Origin: an uncultured Actinomycetes bacterium
GTDB lineage: Bacteria > Actinomycetota > Thermoleophilia > UBA2241
DNA length: 64,000 nucleotides
Direction of reading: 5' to 3'
NCBI GenBank assembly: GCA_963725665.1
Contig: CAVRZA010000011.1
Location: forward strand, 224,001 to 288,000
Position numbers and translations under genes: made by a program
Shown: one piece after another, positions 40,384 through 49,937 of the stretch
How the letters are laid out: every line of letters begins with the position of its first letter
Position numbering within the stretch: the stretch's first letter is position 1
The notes under the pieces: model-generated
Seen by the model: the letters and a program-made list of their open reading frames with translations, nothing else
Databases searched by the model: none
What the model was told of the DNA's origin: nothing

Positions 40384-41091
40384 ATGGGCGAACAGACACC
40401 ACCTAGAACGGGAGCGAACCACGCGGTCGCTCCGGACGTACCTCTGGGGGCACTGGGCGGTGTCCTACGCCGGGCGCGTGAAGCCGCTGGCATCGGCGTA
40501 CGGGAGATGGCCAGCAGACTGGGCTGCTCCCCCAGCCACGTCTCCCAGGTCGAGCGCGGCGTGACGAGCCCCTCAGTGCACACGCTCTTCAGCATGGTCA
40601 GAGAGCTGGGCGTGTCGCTCGACGACTTGCTGGTCGCGGCGTCGGCGGACATGGTACCTCCGAGCACGGGGGAGATCGGACCGTGGCCGGGGCGCATCGT
40701 CCGTTCTGCCGACCGCCGTTGCATCGCGCTGCCCGGCGGTGTCAAGTGGGAGATGCTCATCCCCGCCGTCGAGGAAGGCTTTGAGTTCGTCGAGTACGTC
40801 TACGAGGTCGGCGGTCGCGACGGCGACGATTTCTTCAGACGAAACGGTTGGGAGTACGGCCTGGTACTCGAGGGACGGCTGAAGGGCGCCATTGGTTTCG
40901 CGGAGTTCGTTCTCGAAGCTGGTGACTCGATCGCCTTCGACTCCAGCGCCCCGCACCGCTTCTCCAACGCGGGCGATATCCCGGCTCGGGCTGTCTGGGT
41001 CTGGCACAGCCCGGCCATCGCGGGCGACAAGCCCGCCCAGGCCCTCGATGCTCGACGGGCCCACAACGAGCCCGACCGCAACGAGCCGTGA
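40384..41091 (+). CDS. XRE-family HTH-cupin transcriptional regulator
   Basis: SHVSQVERGVTSPS; G.EYGLVLEG.L..LEAGDSIAFDS..PHR. Confidence 0.9.
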   Translation: MGEQTPPRTGANHAVAPDVPLGALGGVLRRAREAAGIGVREMASRLGCSPSHVSQVERGVTSPSVHTLFSMVRELGVSLDDLLVAASADMVPPSTGEIGPWPGRIVRSADRRCIALPGGVKWEMLIPAVEEGFEFVEYVYEVGGRDGDDFFRRNGWEYGLVLEGRLKGAIGFAEFVLEAGDSIAFDSSAPHRFSNAGDIPARAVWVWHSPAIAGDKPAQALDARRAHNEPDRNEP

Positions 41092-41299
41092 GCAGACGGG
41101 GCGCTCGCAAAGAGTACCCCGAGCGGAGAGGGGGTGAGGGCCACCCAGGGCATCCACCGCACGTCCACGTGGTCTCGGCTGGCTGAGTGCGACCGGGAGC
41201 GGTCGCCAAAGCGACGTCGGCACGGGCAGATCGCCCACCGGCAGTCTCCAGGCGGCGACCGCGTTTCATCGGCAGGCGTCAGATGGAGGTGTCGTCGCA

Positions 41300-41938
41300 G
41301 TGAGTTTCTTCACCGAAATGAAGGATGCGGTGGTCAGGGGGGACAGCCAGGCGTGCATCGACCTGGCGACAAAAGCCGTCGAGTCCGGCGTCGATCCCCA
41401 GCAGGCCATCCAGGAGGGGTTCGCCCCGGGTATGGAGGTCGTGGGCCGGGGGTTTGAAGAAGGAAGCCTGTTCCTCCCCGACATGATACTCGCAGCCGAG
41501 GCTATGACAGCCGGAGTGAGCGTCCTCGAGGCGGCGATGCCCGCGAACGAACTCGAGGGAAGGCGAAAGGCGAAGGCCGTCGTCGCCACCGTCCAGGGCG
41601 ACGTGCACGACATCGGCAAGAACATCCTGCGCATCGTGCTGTCGACGTCCGGCTTCGACGTGGTGGACCTCGGCCGCGATGTGAAGGTGGCGACCATCAT
41701 CGCGCGGGCGAGGGAGGAGCGGGCAGACATCATCGGCGCATCGGCCTTGATGACGACGACGATGATGTACATGAAGGAGCTGCTCGAGGAGCTCTCCGAG
41801 GCGGGGATCCGCGAGGAGTTCAAGGTCATGGTGGGTGGCGCGCCGGTCACTGACGCCTGGGCGCGGGAGATCGGCGCCGACGGGTACGCCAAGGACGCCT
41901 TCGCCGCGGTCCAGCTGGCCAAGCAGCTGGTGAAGTGA
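41300..41938 (+). CDS. methyltransferase cognate corrinoid protein (MtmC/MttC-like)
   Basis: GDVHDIGKN B12-binding motif, SALMTTTM, MVGGAPVT, GADGY..DA..AV. Confidence 0.95.
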   Translation: MSFFTEMKDAVVRGDSQACIDLATKAVESGVDPQQAIQEGFAPGMEVVGRGFEEGSLFLPDMILAAEAMTAGVSVLEAAMPANELEGRRKAKAVVATVQGDVHDIGKNILRIVLSTSGFDVVDLGRDVKVATIIARAREERADIIGASALMTTTMMYMKELLEELSEAGIREEFKVMVGGAPVTDAWAREIGADGYAKDAFAAVQLAKQLVK

Positions 41939-42037
41939 CGCGGCCGTTTCGGCCGTTGATGCGACGACCGGATGTCCACGCCGCGCGCGCTGAGGCGGGC
42001 ACCATCCGGCATCAGCACTGATGGGAGGAGCAACGAA

Positions 42038-43420
42038 GTGATCACCTTCTGGGACGTAGTGGAGCGCTGCGACCGCGGCGAGCGCATGTCGGAGTCCGAC
42101 TTCGACAGGATGCTGTGGGAGAACGTGCGAGCGCTGACCGAGAAGTACGACATCCACTTCGACGGTGAAACGCCCGTGCCGAGCGACGACGGCCTGGCCG
42201 ACAGGGCCTATCAGGCAGCCCTGGAGCTGTTCCTGGCCACCGGCTTCTACTGCACGAGCACACAGCGGGCGGTGCGATTCTCGCGTGAGGAGGTCGAGGA
42301 GGCCGTCCGGCACGCCAAGACGTCCTACACGTTTGGAGAGGGGCGAGACCAGCACACCATGCGACCGCGGGTCGTCGAGGACGAGCGGCCGCCGACCTGC
42401 ATCTTCTCGGGCCTGGGCGTACCAGTCGACGAGGCGGTGTTCCCGAAGGTCTGCCAGGCGATCGCGGCGGAGCCGTTGGCCGACGCCTTCTGCTGCGTGT
42501 CACTGCACGACACCTTCCGCGGCATCCCTATCAAGTCGGGACATCCCATCGAGGTGGCCGCGTGCATGTGGGACGTCACCAAGCGCCGCGAGGCAGCCCG
42601 ACTGGCTGGACGGCCGGGCCTGGGCCTCTACGCGATGGTGTCCGTCGGCGAGAGCACAGCTTCGATCATCGCCGCGTCGCACCCGGCGTTCGGAGCGTTG
42701 CCGAGAGACGTGCCGCAGGTCGGCGCCATCGCCGAGCTGAAGGTCGATTACGAGCGGATGAACAAGGTCGCCTTCGAACGCGAGTGCGGGATCGGGCTCG
42801 CCGGGCTCTACGGGCCGCTCATGGGCGGGTACGCCGGCGGTCCCGAAGGGACGATGCTCGTCCAGATAGCCCACTTCTTCCTCGGCCTGCTCGCCTACAA
42901 CGTCGAGTACCACATCTGCTTCCCGATCGACATCAATCAGACGTGCAGCACGACGGTGCCGCTGCTGTGGCTCGTCAGCGTGTACTGCCAGGCGATCGCC
43001 CGCAACTCGAGGATGCTCAACATCTGCACCACCATGGCGGCCGGCGGCCCGTCGAGCGAGATGCTCTTCTACGAGATGGCCGCCGGCGCCATCGCGCACA
43101 CGGTCTCTGGGGCGAACCACGTCCAGGGCGGGATAGCGCGCGACAAGTACCCCGAACGGGTGTCGACGCTGGAGCTGAGGCTCGGCGCCGAGACGGCGCA
43201 CGCGGTCGCGGCCATGAGGATGACCCGCGCGCAGGCAAACGACGTGGTGAAGGAGCTCGCCAGCCGCTACGTGGCCGACATTCCCAGGGCGCCCCTCGGC
43301 AAGACCTTCACGGAGCTCTACGACCTGGAGCGTGTCAGGCCGCTGGACGAGTACATCGATGTCTATCGGAAGATGAAGAAGAAGGTGTCCGAGGCCGGGG
43401 TCGACTACTCCGTTCTCTAG
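42038..43420 (+). CDS. mtmB: monomethylamine:corrinoid methyltransferase (MtmB) family protein, pyrrolysine-free
   Basis: GTG after GGAGGA; 460 aa; VPSDD.LAD, GFYC..T.R...F, AGRPGLG, ELKVD, GGYAGGPEG, AGGP, GKTF.E.YD; Tyr (TAC) at the Pyl position. Confidence 0.88.
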   Translation: MITFWDVVERCDRGERMSESDFDRMLWENVRALTEKYDIHFDGETPVPSDDGLADRAYQAALELFLATGFYCTSTQRAVRFSREEVEEAVRHAKTSYTFGEGRDQHTMRPRVVEDERPPTCIFSGLGVPVDEAVFPKVCQAIAAEPLADAFCCVSLHDTFRGIPIKSGHPIEVAACMWDVTKRREAARLAGRPGLGLYAMVSVGESTASIIAASHPAFGALPRDVPQVGAIAELKVDYERMNKVAFERECGIGLAGLYGPLMGGYAGGPEGTMLVQIAHFFLGLLAYNVEYHICFPIDINQTCSTTVPLLWLVSVYCQAIARNSRMLNICTTMAAGGPSSEMLFYEMAAGAIAHTVSGANHVQGGIARDKYPERVSTLELRLGAETAHAVAAMRMTRAQANDVVKELASRYVADIPRAPLGKTFTELYDLERVRPLDEYIDVYRKMKKKVSEAGVDYSVL

Positions 43421-43485
43421 ATCACGCTGGAGTGACCGGCCGGCTCTCGTGGGCCGGCGCTGTCCGGGCCGATCGCGAAGGAGCC

Positions 43486-44856
43486 ATGAGCACCATGACG
43501 GACGCACTGACGCTGGATCATCTCATCGACGACGCCCACCTCGAAAGGACGCGCGAGCTGTTCGCCAAGTGCCAGGAGGTCGTCTCGGGCGGCGAGAGCA
43601 GCTACGCGCGACTGATCGGCACGCGTCCGATCGTGATGGAACGCGGCGAAGGAGCCCGCTTCTACGACGTCGACGGCAACGCCTACATCGACTGGTGTCT
43701 CGGCTACGGACCGATGATCTTCGGGCACCGGCCCAAGCCCATCCTCGATGCGATCATCGCGCAGATCACCTCGGGCGGGATGCTCTACACGTTCCCGCAC
43801 GAGCTCGACTACGAGGTGGGCAGCAAGATCGTGCAGACCGTGCCCGGCATCGACCAGGTCCGCTTCGCCAACTCCGGCAGCGAAGCCACACAGGCGGCCA
43901 TCCGTCTGGCTCGCGCCTATACCGGCAAGGACAAGATCCTCAAGTGGGAAGGTAGCTACAACGGCTTCCTCGACTGCCACGCCTTCTCGCACATGCCGGC
44001 GCTCGAGGCCGCGAGCACGGAACGTTTCCCCCGCACGCTGCCGTCGATGGCTGGCATCCCAAGAGCCGTCGAGGAGACCGTGATCGTCGGTTGCTTCAAC
44101 GACCTCGACAGCGCCGAGGAACTCATCAGAAGGAACGCGGGCGAGCTGGCCGCTGTGCTCAGCGAGCCCATCCTCGCAGACGCCGGCATCATTCCACCGG
44201 AGCCGGGCTTTCTCGAGGGGTTGCGTCGCCTTTGCGACGAATACGGGGTCCTGCTCATCTTCGACGAAATCATAACGGGCTTCCGCGTGGCGCTCGGGGG
44301 CGCCCAGGAGCTGTACGGCGTCACCCCCGACATCACGTGTGTAGCCAAGGCGGTCGGCGGGGGCACACCCGGGGCGGCAGCCTTCGGGGGTCGCAAGGAC
44401 ATCATGGAGCTCGAAGCCGAGGGTGTGGTGCTGCACGGCGGCACCTACAGCGGCAACCCCATGACCCTGGCGGGGATGAACGCCGCGCTCGACATCCTCA
44501 TCAACGATCGCGAGCGCGTGTACGGGCACCTCAACGCGATCGCCGATGCTATGGTCAAGGGCATGCGCGGCATCTTCGCCGAGCTCGGTGTGCCCGCCTA
44601 CATCGGTCAGGTCGGGCCGATGTGGCAGGTGTTCTTCGGGCACGAGGCCCCAGTCACCCGCTATCGCCAAGCCCGGGCCAGCGACACCGACTTCTTCAGC
44701 CACCTTCAGACCGAGTGCCAAGCGCGCGGCGTGTACTTCCACAACTTCAACTTCGAGCGCTTCTTCGCCAGCACCGCGCACACGATGGCCGAGGTCGACC
44801 GCAGTCTGGAGGTGATCGAGACGGCGACCAAGGCCGTCAACACGCGCAGCGGTTGA
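43486..44856 (+). CDS. class III PLP aminotransferase (GSA-aminomutase-like)
   Basis: YDVDGNAYID, RFANSGSEA, FDEIITGFR, AKAVGGG, GTYSGNP; AAGGAG RBS. Confidence 0.9.
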   Translation: MSTMTDALTLDHLIDDAHLERTRELFAKCQEVVSGGESSYARLIGTRPIVMERGEGARFYDVDGNAYIDWCLGYGPMIFGHRPKPILDAIIAQITSGGMLYTFPHELDYEVGSKIVQTVPGIDQVRFANSGSEATQAAIRLARAYTGKDKILKWEGSYNGFLDCHAFSHMPALEAASTERFPRTLPSMAGIPRAVEETVIVGCFNDLDSAEELIRRNAGELAAVLSEPILADAGIIPPEPGFLEGLRRLCDEYGVLLIFDEIITGFRVALGGAQELYGVTPDITCVAKAVGGGTPGAAAFGGRKDIMELEAEGVVLHGGTYSGNPMTLAGMNAALDILINDRERVYGHLNAIADAMVKGMRGIFAELGVPAYIGQVGPMWQVFFGHEAPVTRYRQARASDTDFFSHLQTECQARGVYFHNFNFERFFASTAHTMAEVDRSLEVIETATKAVNTRSG

Positions 44857-44999
44857 GACGAAAGCGGCATTACGGCGTGGGCCAGCTTCGAGACTGTGTC
44901 TGGCGCACGCCGCGACCCGCCCCAACGACCGCGATACATGTCGTCGCACAGCCTCAGAGCCAGCACCCCGCTACACCTGCGACCCGGATGGTGAGTGCC

Positions 45000-45668
45000 A
45001 TGCCACAGCTGTTCACACTGCACGAGCAAAGCGAGACGCACATCAAACTGCAGAGGCAGATCCAGGAAGTGGACATCACGGTCGACGTGTCGACTGCCTT
45101 CGACCCGCATCTCGGCCCGCACACGACCATCGACTTCCTCGACCACCTCGTCGCCACCCTGGCCTGGGGCCTCTGCATGTCGGTGGGCTGCACGGTCGCC
45201 GAAGGGCGATGGCGCTCGACCCACACGATAGCTGAGGACGCTGGGCAGACCATCGGAGCGGCGCTCAAGAGCTTCTTCTATCGCAGGATGGTCGCGGAGG
45301 GCATCAACGGCTGCGGCTCGGCCGTCTTTGGCCTCGACGAAGCCTTGGCGAGGGCGATGGTGGGCGTAGAGGGCAGACGGAACTCGTTCATCACTGTGGC
45401 CGCTGACTGCCCCGGTGGCCGCCTCGAGTCCGTCGAGGACATGCGATCGGCCGACTGCGTCGCTTTCGTCGAGGGCTTCGCCCAAGGCTTCCCGGCCACC
45501 GTCCACCTGGACCTGCTCACTGGTCGGGACCCGCACCACGTCTGGGAATCGGCGTTCATGGCCTTGGGCGAAGCCCTGCGGATGGCTTTCCAGACCAATC
45601 CCTGGAGGATCGCGAAGAACAACCCCTACTACGCCGACGAGGGCCTCGCCGACGCGTCGCTCGCATAG
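45000..45668 (+). CDS. divergent imidazoleglycerol-phosphate dehydratase (HisB)-fold protein
   Basis: TTIDFLDHL, HTIAEDAG..G, LDEALA, GRDPHHVWESAF..LG.ALR.A. Confidence 0.75.
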   Translation: MPQLFTLHEQSETHIKLQRQIQEVDITVDVSTAFDPHLGPHTTIDFLDHLVATLAWGLCMSVGCTVAEGRWRSTHTIAEDAGQTIGAALKSFFYRRMVAEGINGCGSAVFGLDEALARAMVGVEGRRNSFITVAADCPGGRLESVEDMRSADCVAFVEGFAQGFPATVHLDLLTGRDPHHVWESAFMALGEALRMAFQTNPWRIAKNNPYYADEGLADASLA

Positions 45669-45693
45669 CGACGCAGCCGATCGCGGGGGGACT

Positions 45694-46800
45694 TCAGACC
45701 GCCGCCTGCAACACGCCTTCCAGCGTCTCGATCAGACGCGCGTTCTGTGCCGCATCACCGACCGTGATGCGCAGGAACTCGGGCAGGTCGTAGCCGTCGC
45801 ACGGCCGCACGATTATCCCTCTGGCGAGTAGCGCCTGCGCGATCCTCTCCGCCTCGGGTCCGATTCTGACCAGGAGGAAGTTGGTGTGGCTCTCGACATA
45901 GCGCAGGCCCATGCGGTCGAACTCGCGGTACAGGTATCGTCGTCCAGCGGCGTTCAACGCGATCGAGCGCTGGACGTACTCCGCGTCCTGCAACGCTGCC
46001 GCCCCCGCCGCCTGCGCCAGGATGTTGACGGCAAAGGGCTCCTTGATCTTGTTCAGCGGCGCGAGCACGTCGGGGTCGGCGATCGCGTAACCCAAGCGGA
46101 CGCCGGCCAGTCCGTAGACCTTCGAGTAGGTGCGCATGACCATCACGTTCTTGCGCCCGGCGTGCACGTACTCCGTGGTCTTCGGGTAGTCGGGTGAGTC
46201 CACGAACTCGTAGTACGCTTCGTCGAAGATGACGAGCACGTCCTCGGGCACCGCCCCCATGAACGCCTCCACTTCGCTCCCCGTCACCACGGTGCCGGTT
46301 GGGTTGTTCGGGTTGCAGACGAAGATCAGCTTCGTCCTCGGCGTGATCGCCGCCCGCATCGCATCGAGGTCAAGCCGGTAGTCCCTGAGCGGCGTCTTGA
46401 TCAGCCGAGCACGCATCGCCGTCGCGAAGACGTCGTACACGGGGAAGGACGAGCGGCTGACGATGACCTCGTCGTCCTGGTCGAGATACGCCATGCAGGT
46501 CTGCATGATCAACCCGTCCGCGCCGTTGCCCACCGCGATCTGCTCCGGCTTGAATCCGAGGTGTGCCGCCAAGGCATGGCGAAGGTAATAGCACTCGCCG
46601 TCAGGGTAGGAGTTCAACTGCGGCAAGGCTGCTTGCATCGCCGCCACGGCCTTGGGCGCCGGTGGCATCGGATTCTCGTTGGAGGCCAGCTTGATGACGT
46701 CGCCGAGACCGAGCTCCCGCTGCACCTCTTCGACCGGTCGACCGGGCACGTAGGCCGCGATGTCGGCCAACGCCGACTGCGGCCTGACCAGCCTCACCAT
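45694..46800 (-). CDS. hisC: histidinol-phosphate/aromatic aminotransferase
   Basis: YVPG, KLASNENP, CNPNNPTG, DEAYYEF, RTYSKVYGLAGVRLGY, LRITVG. Confidence 0.92.
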   Translation of the reverse strand: MVRLVRPQSALADIAAYVPGRPVEEVQRELGLGDVIKLASNENPMPPAPKAVAAMQAALPQLNSYPDGECYYLRHALAAHLGFKPEQIAVGNGADGLIMQTCMAYLDQDDEVIVSRSSFPVYDVFATAMRARLIKTPLRDYRLDLDAMRAAITPRTKLIFVCNPNNPTGTVVTGSEVEAFMGAVPEDVLVIFDEAYYEFVDSPDYPKTTEYVHAGRKNVMVMRTYSKVYGLAGVRLGYAIADPDVLAPLNKIKEPFAVNILAQAAGAAALQDAEYVQRSIALNAAGRRYLYREFDRMGLRYVESHTNFLLVRIGPEAERIAQALLARGIIVRPCDGYDLPEFLRITVGDAAQNARLIETLEGVLQAAV

Positions 46801-47029
46801 TGTCCCCTCTGCTCCTTATATCCACCACGCGGGCCACCGACGGGCCTCCGACCTGCGCCGAGAGCACCCACGATGGCCAACTGCGCGCTCAACCTCTGCG
46901 TATCCTTCCCCGACCTCACGTCGCTGCCGAGCGACCCGTCGGCGGCGCGCCTGCTGCTGGCGTCCATCGGCGCCTCGATCGAAAAGGCGCCCATCGTGTC
47001 CAGCCCTGTGCTAGCTGCAGCCACTCGAC

Positions 47030-47057
47030 GGGGCCGGGAGCCCTGGCTCCCGGCCCC
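47030..47057 (-). terminator. hairpin downstream of the APC permease
   Basis: 12-bp stem GGGGCCGGGAGC-CCTG-GCTCCCGGCCCC. Confidence 0.55.
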
Positions 47058-47071
47058 TCGCGATCACGAGA

Positions 47072-48703
47072 TCACTCAGGCGGCAACTCGCCGTACGTCA
47101 TGGAGAGGTCCACGCCGACGGAGCGGCTGCGCGCTTTCCAGATGTAGTACCAGATGACGCCCAGCACCCAGACGCCGACGAACAGGTAGATCGATTCCGT
47201 GGTGAACTGGCGGGCGGCCTCGTTGAAGATGAACACGTAGAGCAGGATGAGCAGGTAGGCGATGTCGACCAGCGCCCCCCACACGATCACGGGCAGACCG
47301 AGGAAGCTCCACTTCTGGTAGGGCGAGGAGTCCCAGATGCCGCGCGCCCGCTTCATGTAGGGGAAGAGCAGGGCGGCGAACGCCGTGGGCAGGAAGACCG
47401 AGGTGACCTGCAGCCCCGTGACCACGACGTTCTGCATCACGGCGAAGCTGGAGAACGAGTAGATCACCAGGAGGATCTGGCTCAGCCCGAGGCAGAGGAT
47501 GTGGTTCTTCACCGGGCTGGCGAAGCGTGGGTTGATGTCGGTGAACCACTTGGGCCCCATGCGGTCCATGCCCCAGGCGAAGAGGATGCGCGGGAAGGCC
47601 AGATAGGAGAGCGCTAGCCACCACAGCGTGAAGCCGATGTAGGAGAGCGCCATCCACGCGGCCAGCACCTTGCCGAAAGCGCCGAGCGCCGCCGAGCTCG
47701 CCCCGAGGCAGTAGACGCCGAGCGAGATGAAGTCGCTCGCGAACGGCATGTTGTAGGTGTCGATGGCGCCGTTGTTGTCCATCCACGAGGCCGCCTGAAT
47801 GAACTGGTAGCCGGTCGTCTTGTTGACCACGATTGCGGTCCAGAACATGAAGATGAAGGGCACCACGATGGCGAACACGTTGGCCCAGATGATGGTCTTG
47901 TCGGGGCGCTTGACCTCGCCGGCGATGAACGAGATCGAGTAGGCGTAGGCGAACAGCCAGCTCATGACGACCATGGTGCCGAATGTCGCCCCCCAGCTCC
48001 AGCTGGTGGGCATGGCCTGCCCGGCCGCGTCACCGATCTGCTTGATGAACTCCGCGTAGCGCGGCGACTGCGTGGCGTCGGCGGCAGCGTTCCAGTTGGC
48101 GATGAAGGTGGCCTTGCTGGTGAAGGTGAACACCAGGGCGATGACGACGGCGCCGCCGATCGAGAAGAACATCACGAACTTCTGCGTGATGGCGAAGATC
48201 CGGATGCCGAAGACGACGAACAGGAAGCCCACGAAGTTGAAGAGGCTGGCGACCACGAAGATCAGCCAATTGCTGTTGGCGAGCTTGTCGGCCGCGCTCG
48301 TCCAGCCGATGTAGCTGAACATCACGGAGAGGCCCGTGTTGGCGATGAGCGGCGCCAGCACGTAGAGCCACATCAGCCAGATGACGGCGTCGCCGAAGCT
48401 CTGCGCGATGCCGAAGATGGGATGGATGATGCGCGAGTTGTAGATGTACTCGCCGCCCGAGCGCGGCATGCTGCCGCCCAGGACGCCCCAGACGATGGGG
48501 AAGCCGATACCGGCCATGATGAGCGAGATGACGGCGGCGATGACCAGGTTGCCGCCCAGAAAGACACCCAGGCCAAGCGTGAAGATCAGCCAGATGCTCG
48601 GCGTGATCCCCTGGTTCATGAAGCCGACGGCGAACGCGTCCATCATCGAGAGGCCGCGTACGAGTCCGCTGGCCTTGCGCGCGTAGGCAAACTCTTGAGG
48701 CAC
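47072..48703 (-). CDS. APC family amino acid/amine permease
   Basis: YARKASGLVR, MPRSGGEY, R.LFAWGMDR; about 12 TM segments; AGGAAGGGGG RBS. Confidence 0.9.
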   Translation of the reverse strand: MPQEFAYARKASGLVRGLSMMDAFAVGFMNQGITPSIWLIFTLGLGVFLGGNLVIAAVISLIMAGIGFPIVWGVLGGSMPRSGGEYIYNSRIIHPIFGIAQSFGDAVIWLMWLYVLAPLIANTGLSVMFSYIGWTSAADKLANSNWLIFVVASLFNFVGFLFVVFGIRIFAITQKFVMFFSIGGAVVIALVFTFTSKATFIANWNAAADATQSPRYAEFIKQIGDAAGQAMPTSWSWGATFGTMVVMSWLFAYAYSISFIAGEVKRPDKTIIWANVFAIVVPFIFMFWTAIVVNKTTGYQFIQAASWMDNNGAIDTYNMPFASDFISLGVYCLGASSAALGAFGKVLAAWMALSYIGFTLWWLALSYLAFPRILFAWGMDRMGPKWFTDINPRFASPVKNHILCLGLSQILLVIYSFSSFAVMQNVVVTGLQVTSVFLPTAFAALLFPYMKRARGIWDSSPYQKWSFLGLPVIVWGALVDIAYLLILLYVFIFNEAARQFTTESIYLFVGVWVLGVIWYYIWKARSRSVGVDLSMTYGELPPE

Positions 48704-48933
48704 GTTTCCCCCTTCCTACGTTCTCCCCTTGCCGGCCCGCCGCAGCCAGCGGTCCGACGGCTGTGCGACGTGCGCGAAGGAACGACAGGTCAGCCGATCA
48801 GCCTCCCTTCCTCGGTCACCCCGACCTGCACCGGCGACCGGTCAGACAGTACCGGAGCCTCCGCGGCACCGTCGTGGTCCCCGGTGCAGGCATGACGCAG
48901 CACGCCCCGGGCCCCCTGGCGGCCGCCCCCATC

Positions 48934-48954
48934 GATACCCTTGGTATCCATACC
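48934..48954. promoter_or_regulatory. candidate operator (overlapping inverted ATACC half-sites)
   Basis: GATACC-CTT-GGTATC and GGTAT-CC-ATACC in an AT-rich patch upstream of the permease. Confidence 0.4.
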
Positions 48955-49068
48955 TGTAGTAAGCCACTCAATGCAAGCCTTCGCACCAAGTCGCTTCGCA
49001 GTCAAGCACGTGAGCGTCCGTCTCGCATACGAGACGGAACGGCCGCCGCCTCACAGGCGCGGCCTGCG

Positions 49069-49902
49069 CTAGGCGCTCGTGTACCGCCCCAGCCGCAGGA
49101 TCTGCCGCGCCTCGTCGGGGGTGGCCGGCTCGCGGTTCCACTCGCGGGCCAGACGCACTACGCGCTCGACCAGCCGCGCGTTGCTCTCGGCGAGCACCTT
49201 CCTATGCAGGAAGATGTTGTCCTCGAACCCGAGACGCACGTTGCCGCCCAGGGCGAGGGCCGTCATCGTCACCGGCATATGCCAGCGCCCGATGCCCGTG
49301 CAGGTCCAGGTCGAGCCCTCCTTGGGTATCGAGTCGACGAGGAACATCAGGTTGCGCGGCTCTCCGCTCATCGAGCCCGGCACGCCGAGCACGAAGTCCC
49401 AGTGCAGCAGGGGGCCGGCCGGGCCCAGCCTCTCGACCAGCCGCAGCGCGTTGTCGATCTGTCCGGCCTCGAAGATCTCGAACTCGGGACGTACGCCGGC
49501 CGCCCGCTCGCGCTCATAGAACTCGCTCATGAGCGCCTGGTCGTTGAAGAAGACCTCGTCGCCGAAGTTGGCCGTGCCCGTCGTCAGCGAGGCCATCTCG
49601 GGCCTTAGTTCAAGCGGCTGCAAGCGCTCATCGGCCGTCATGCCCATGGCCCCGCCCGTCGAGGCCTGGATGATGATGTCGGTGCGCTTGCGGATCTCCG
49701 CGATGGCGGTGGCGAACACCTCGCGGTCCTGTGTGGGCGTGCCGTCGGGGCGCCGCACGTGCAGGTGGTACATCGCGGCGCCGGCCTCGCGGCAACGCGC
49801 CGCGTCGACGCCGATCTCCTCCGCAGTCACGGGGAGGTTGGGCTGCGCCTGCTTGGTCGTCTCGGCCCCCACGCCGGCGACCGTGATGATCAGGTCCCCC
49901 AT
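49069..49902 (-). CDS. kce: 3-keto-5-aminohexanoate cleavage enzyme (BKACE)
   Basis: LIITVA..GAE, GAAMYHLHVR, STGGA, PEMASL, RPEFEIFE.G, FVLGVPG, GGNVRLGFEDN. Confidence 0.9.
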   Translation of the reverse strand: MGDLIITVAGVGAETTKQAQPNLPVTAEEIGVDAARCREAGAAMYHLHVRRPDGTPTQDREVFATAIAEIRKRTDIIIQASTGGAMGMTADERLQPLELRPEMASLTTGTANFGDEVFFNDQALMSEFYERERAAGVRPEFEIFEAGQIDNALRLVERLGPAGPLLHWDFVLGVPGSMSGEPRNLMFLVDSIPKEGSTWTCTGIGRWHMPVTMTALALGGNVRLGFEDNIFLHRKVLAESNARLVERVVRLAREWNREPATPDEARQILRLGRYTSA

Positions 49903-49937
49903 GGCTTCTCCTTTGCGCGAAATGGCCGACGCGATTG

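Noticed and set aside
46872-47013. Coding-like fragment MANCALNLCVSFPDLTSLPSDP upstream of hisC
   Set aside because: No RBS and no family I can recognise; at most a gene remnant.
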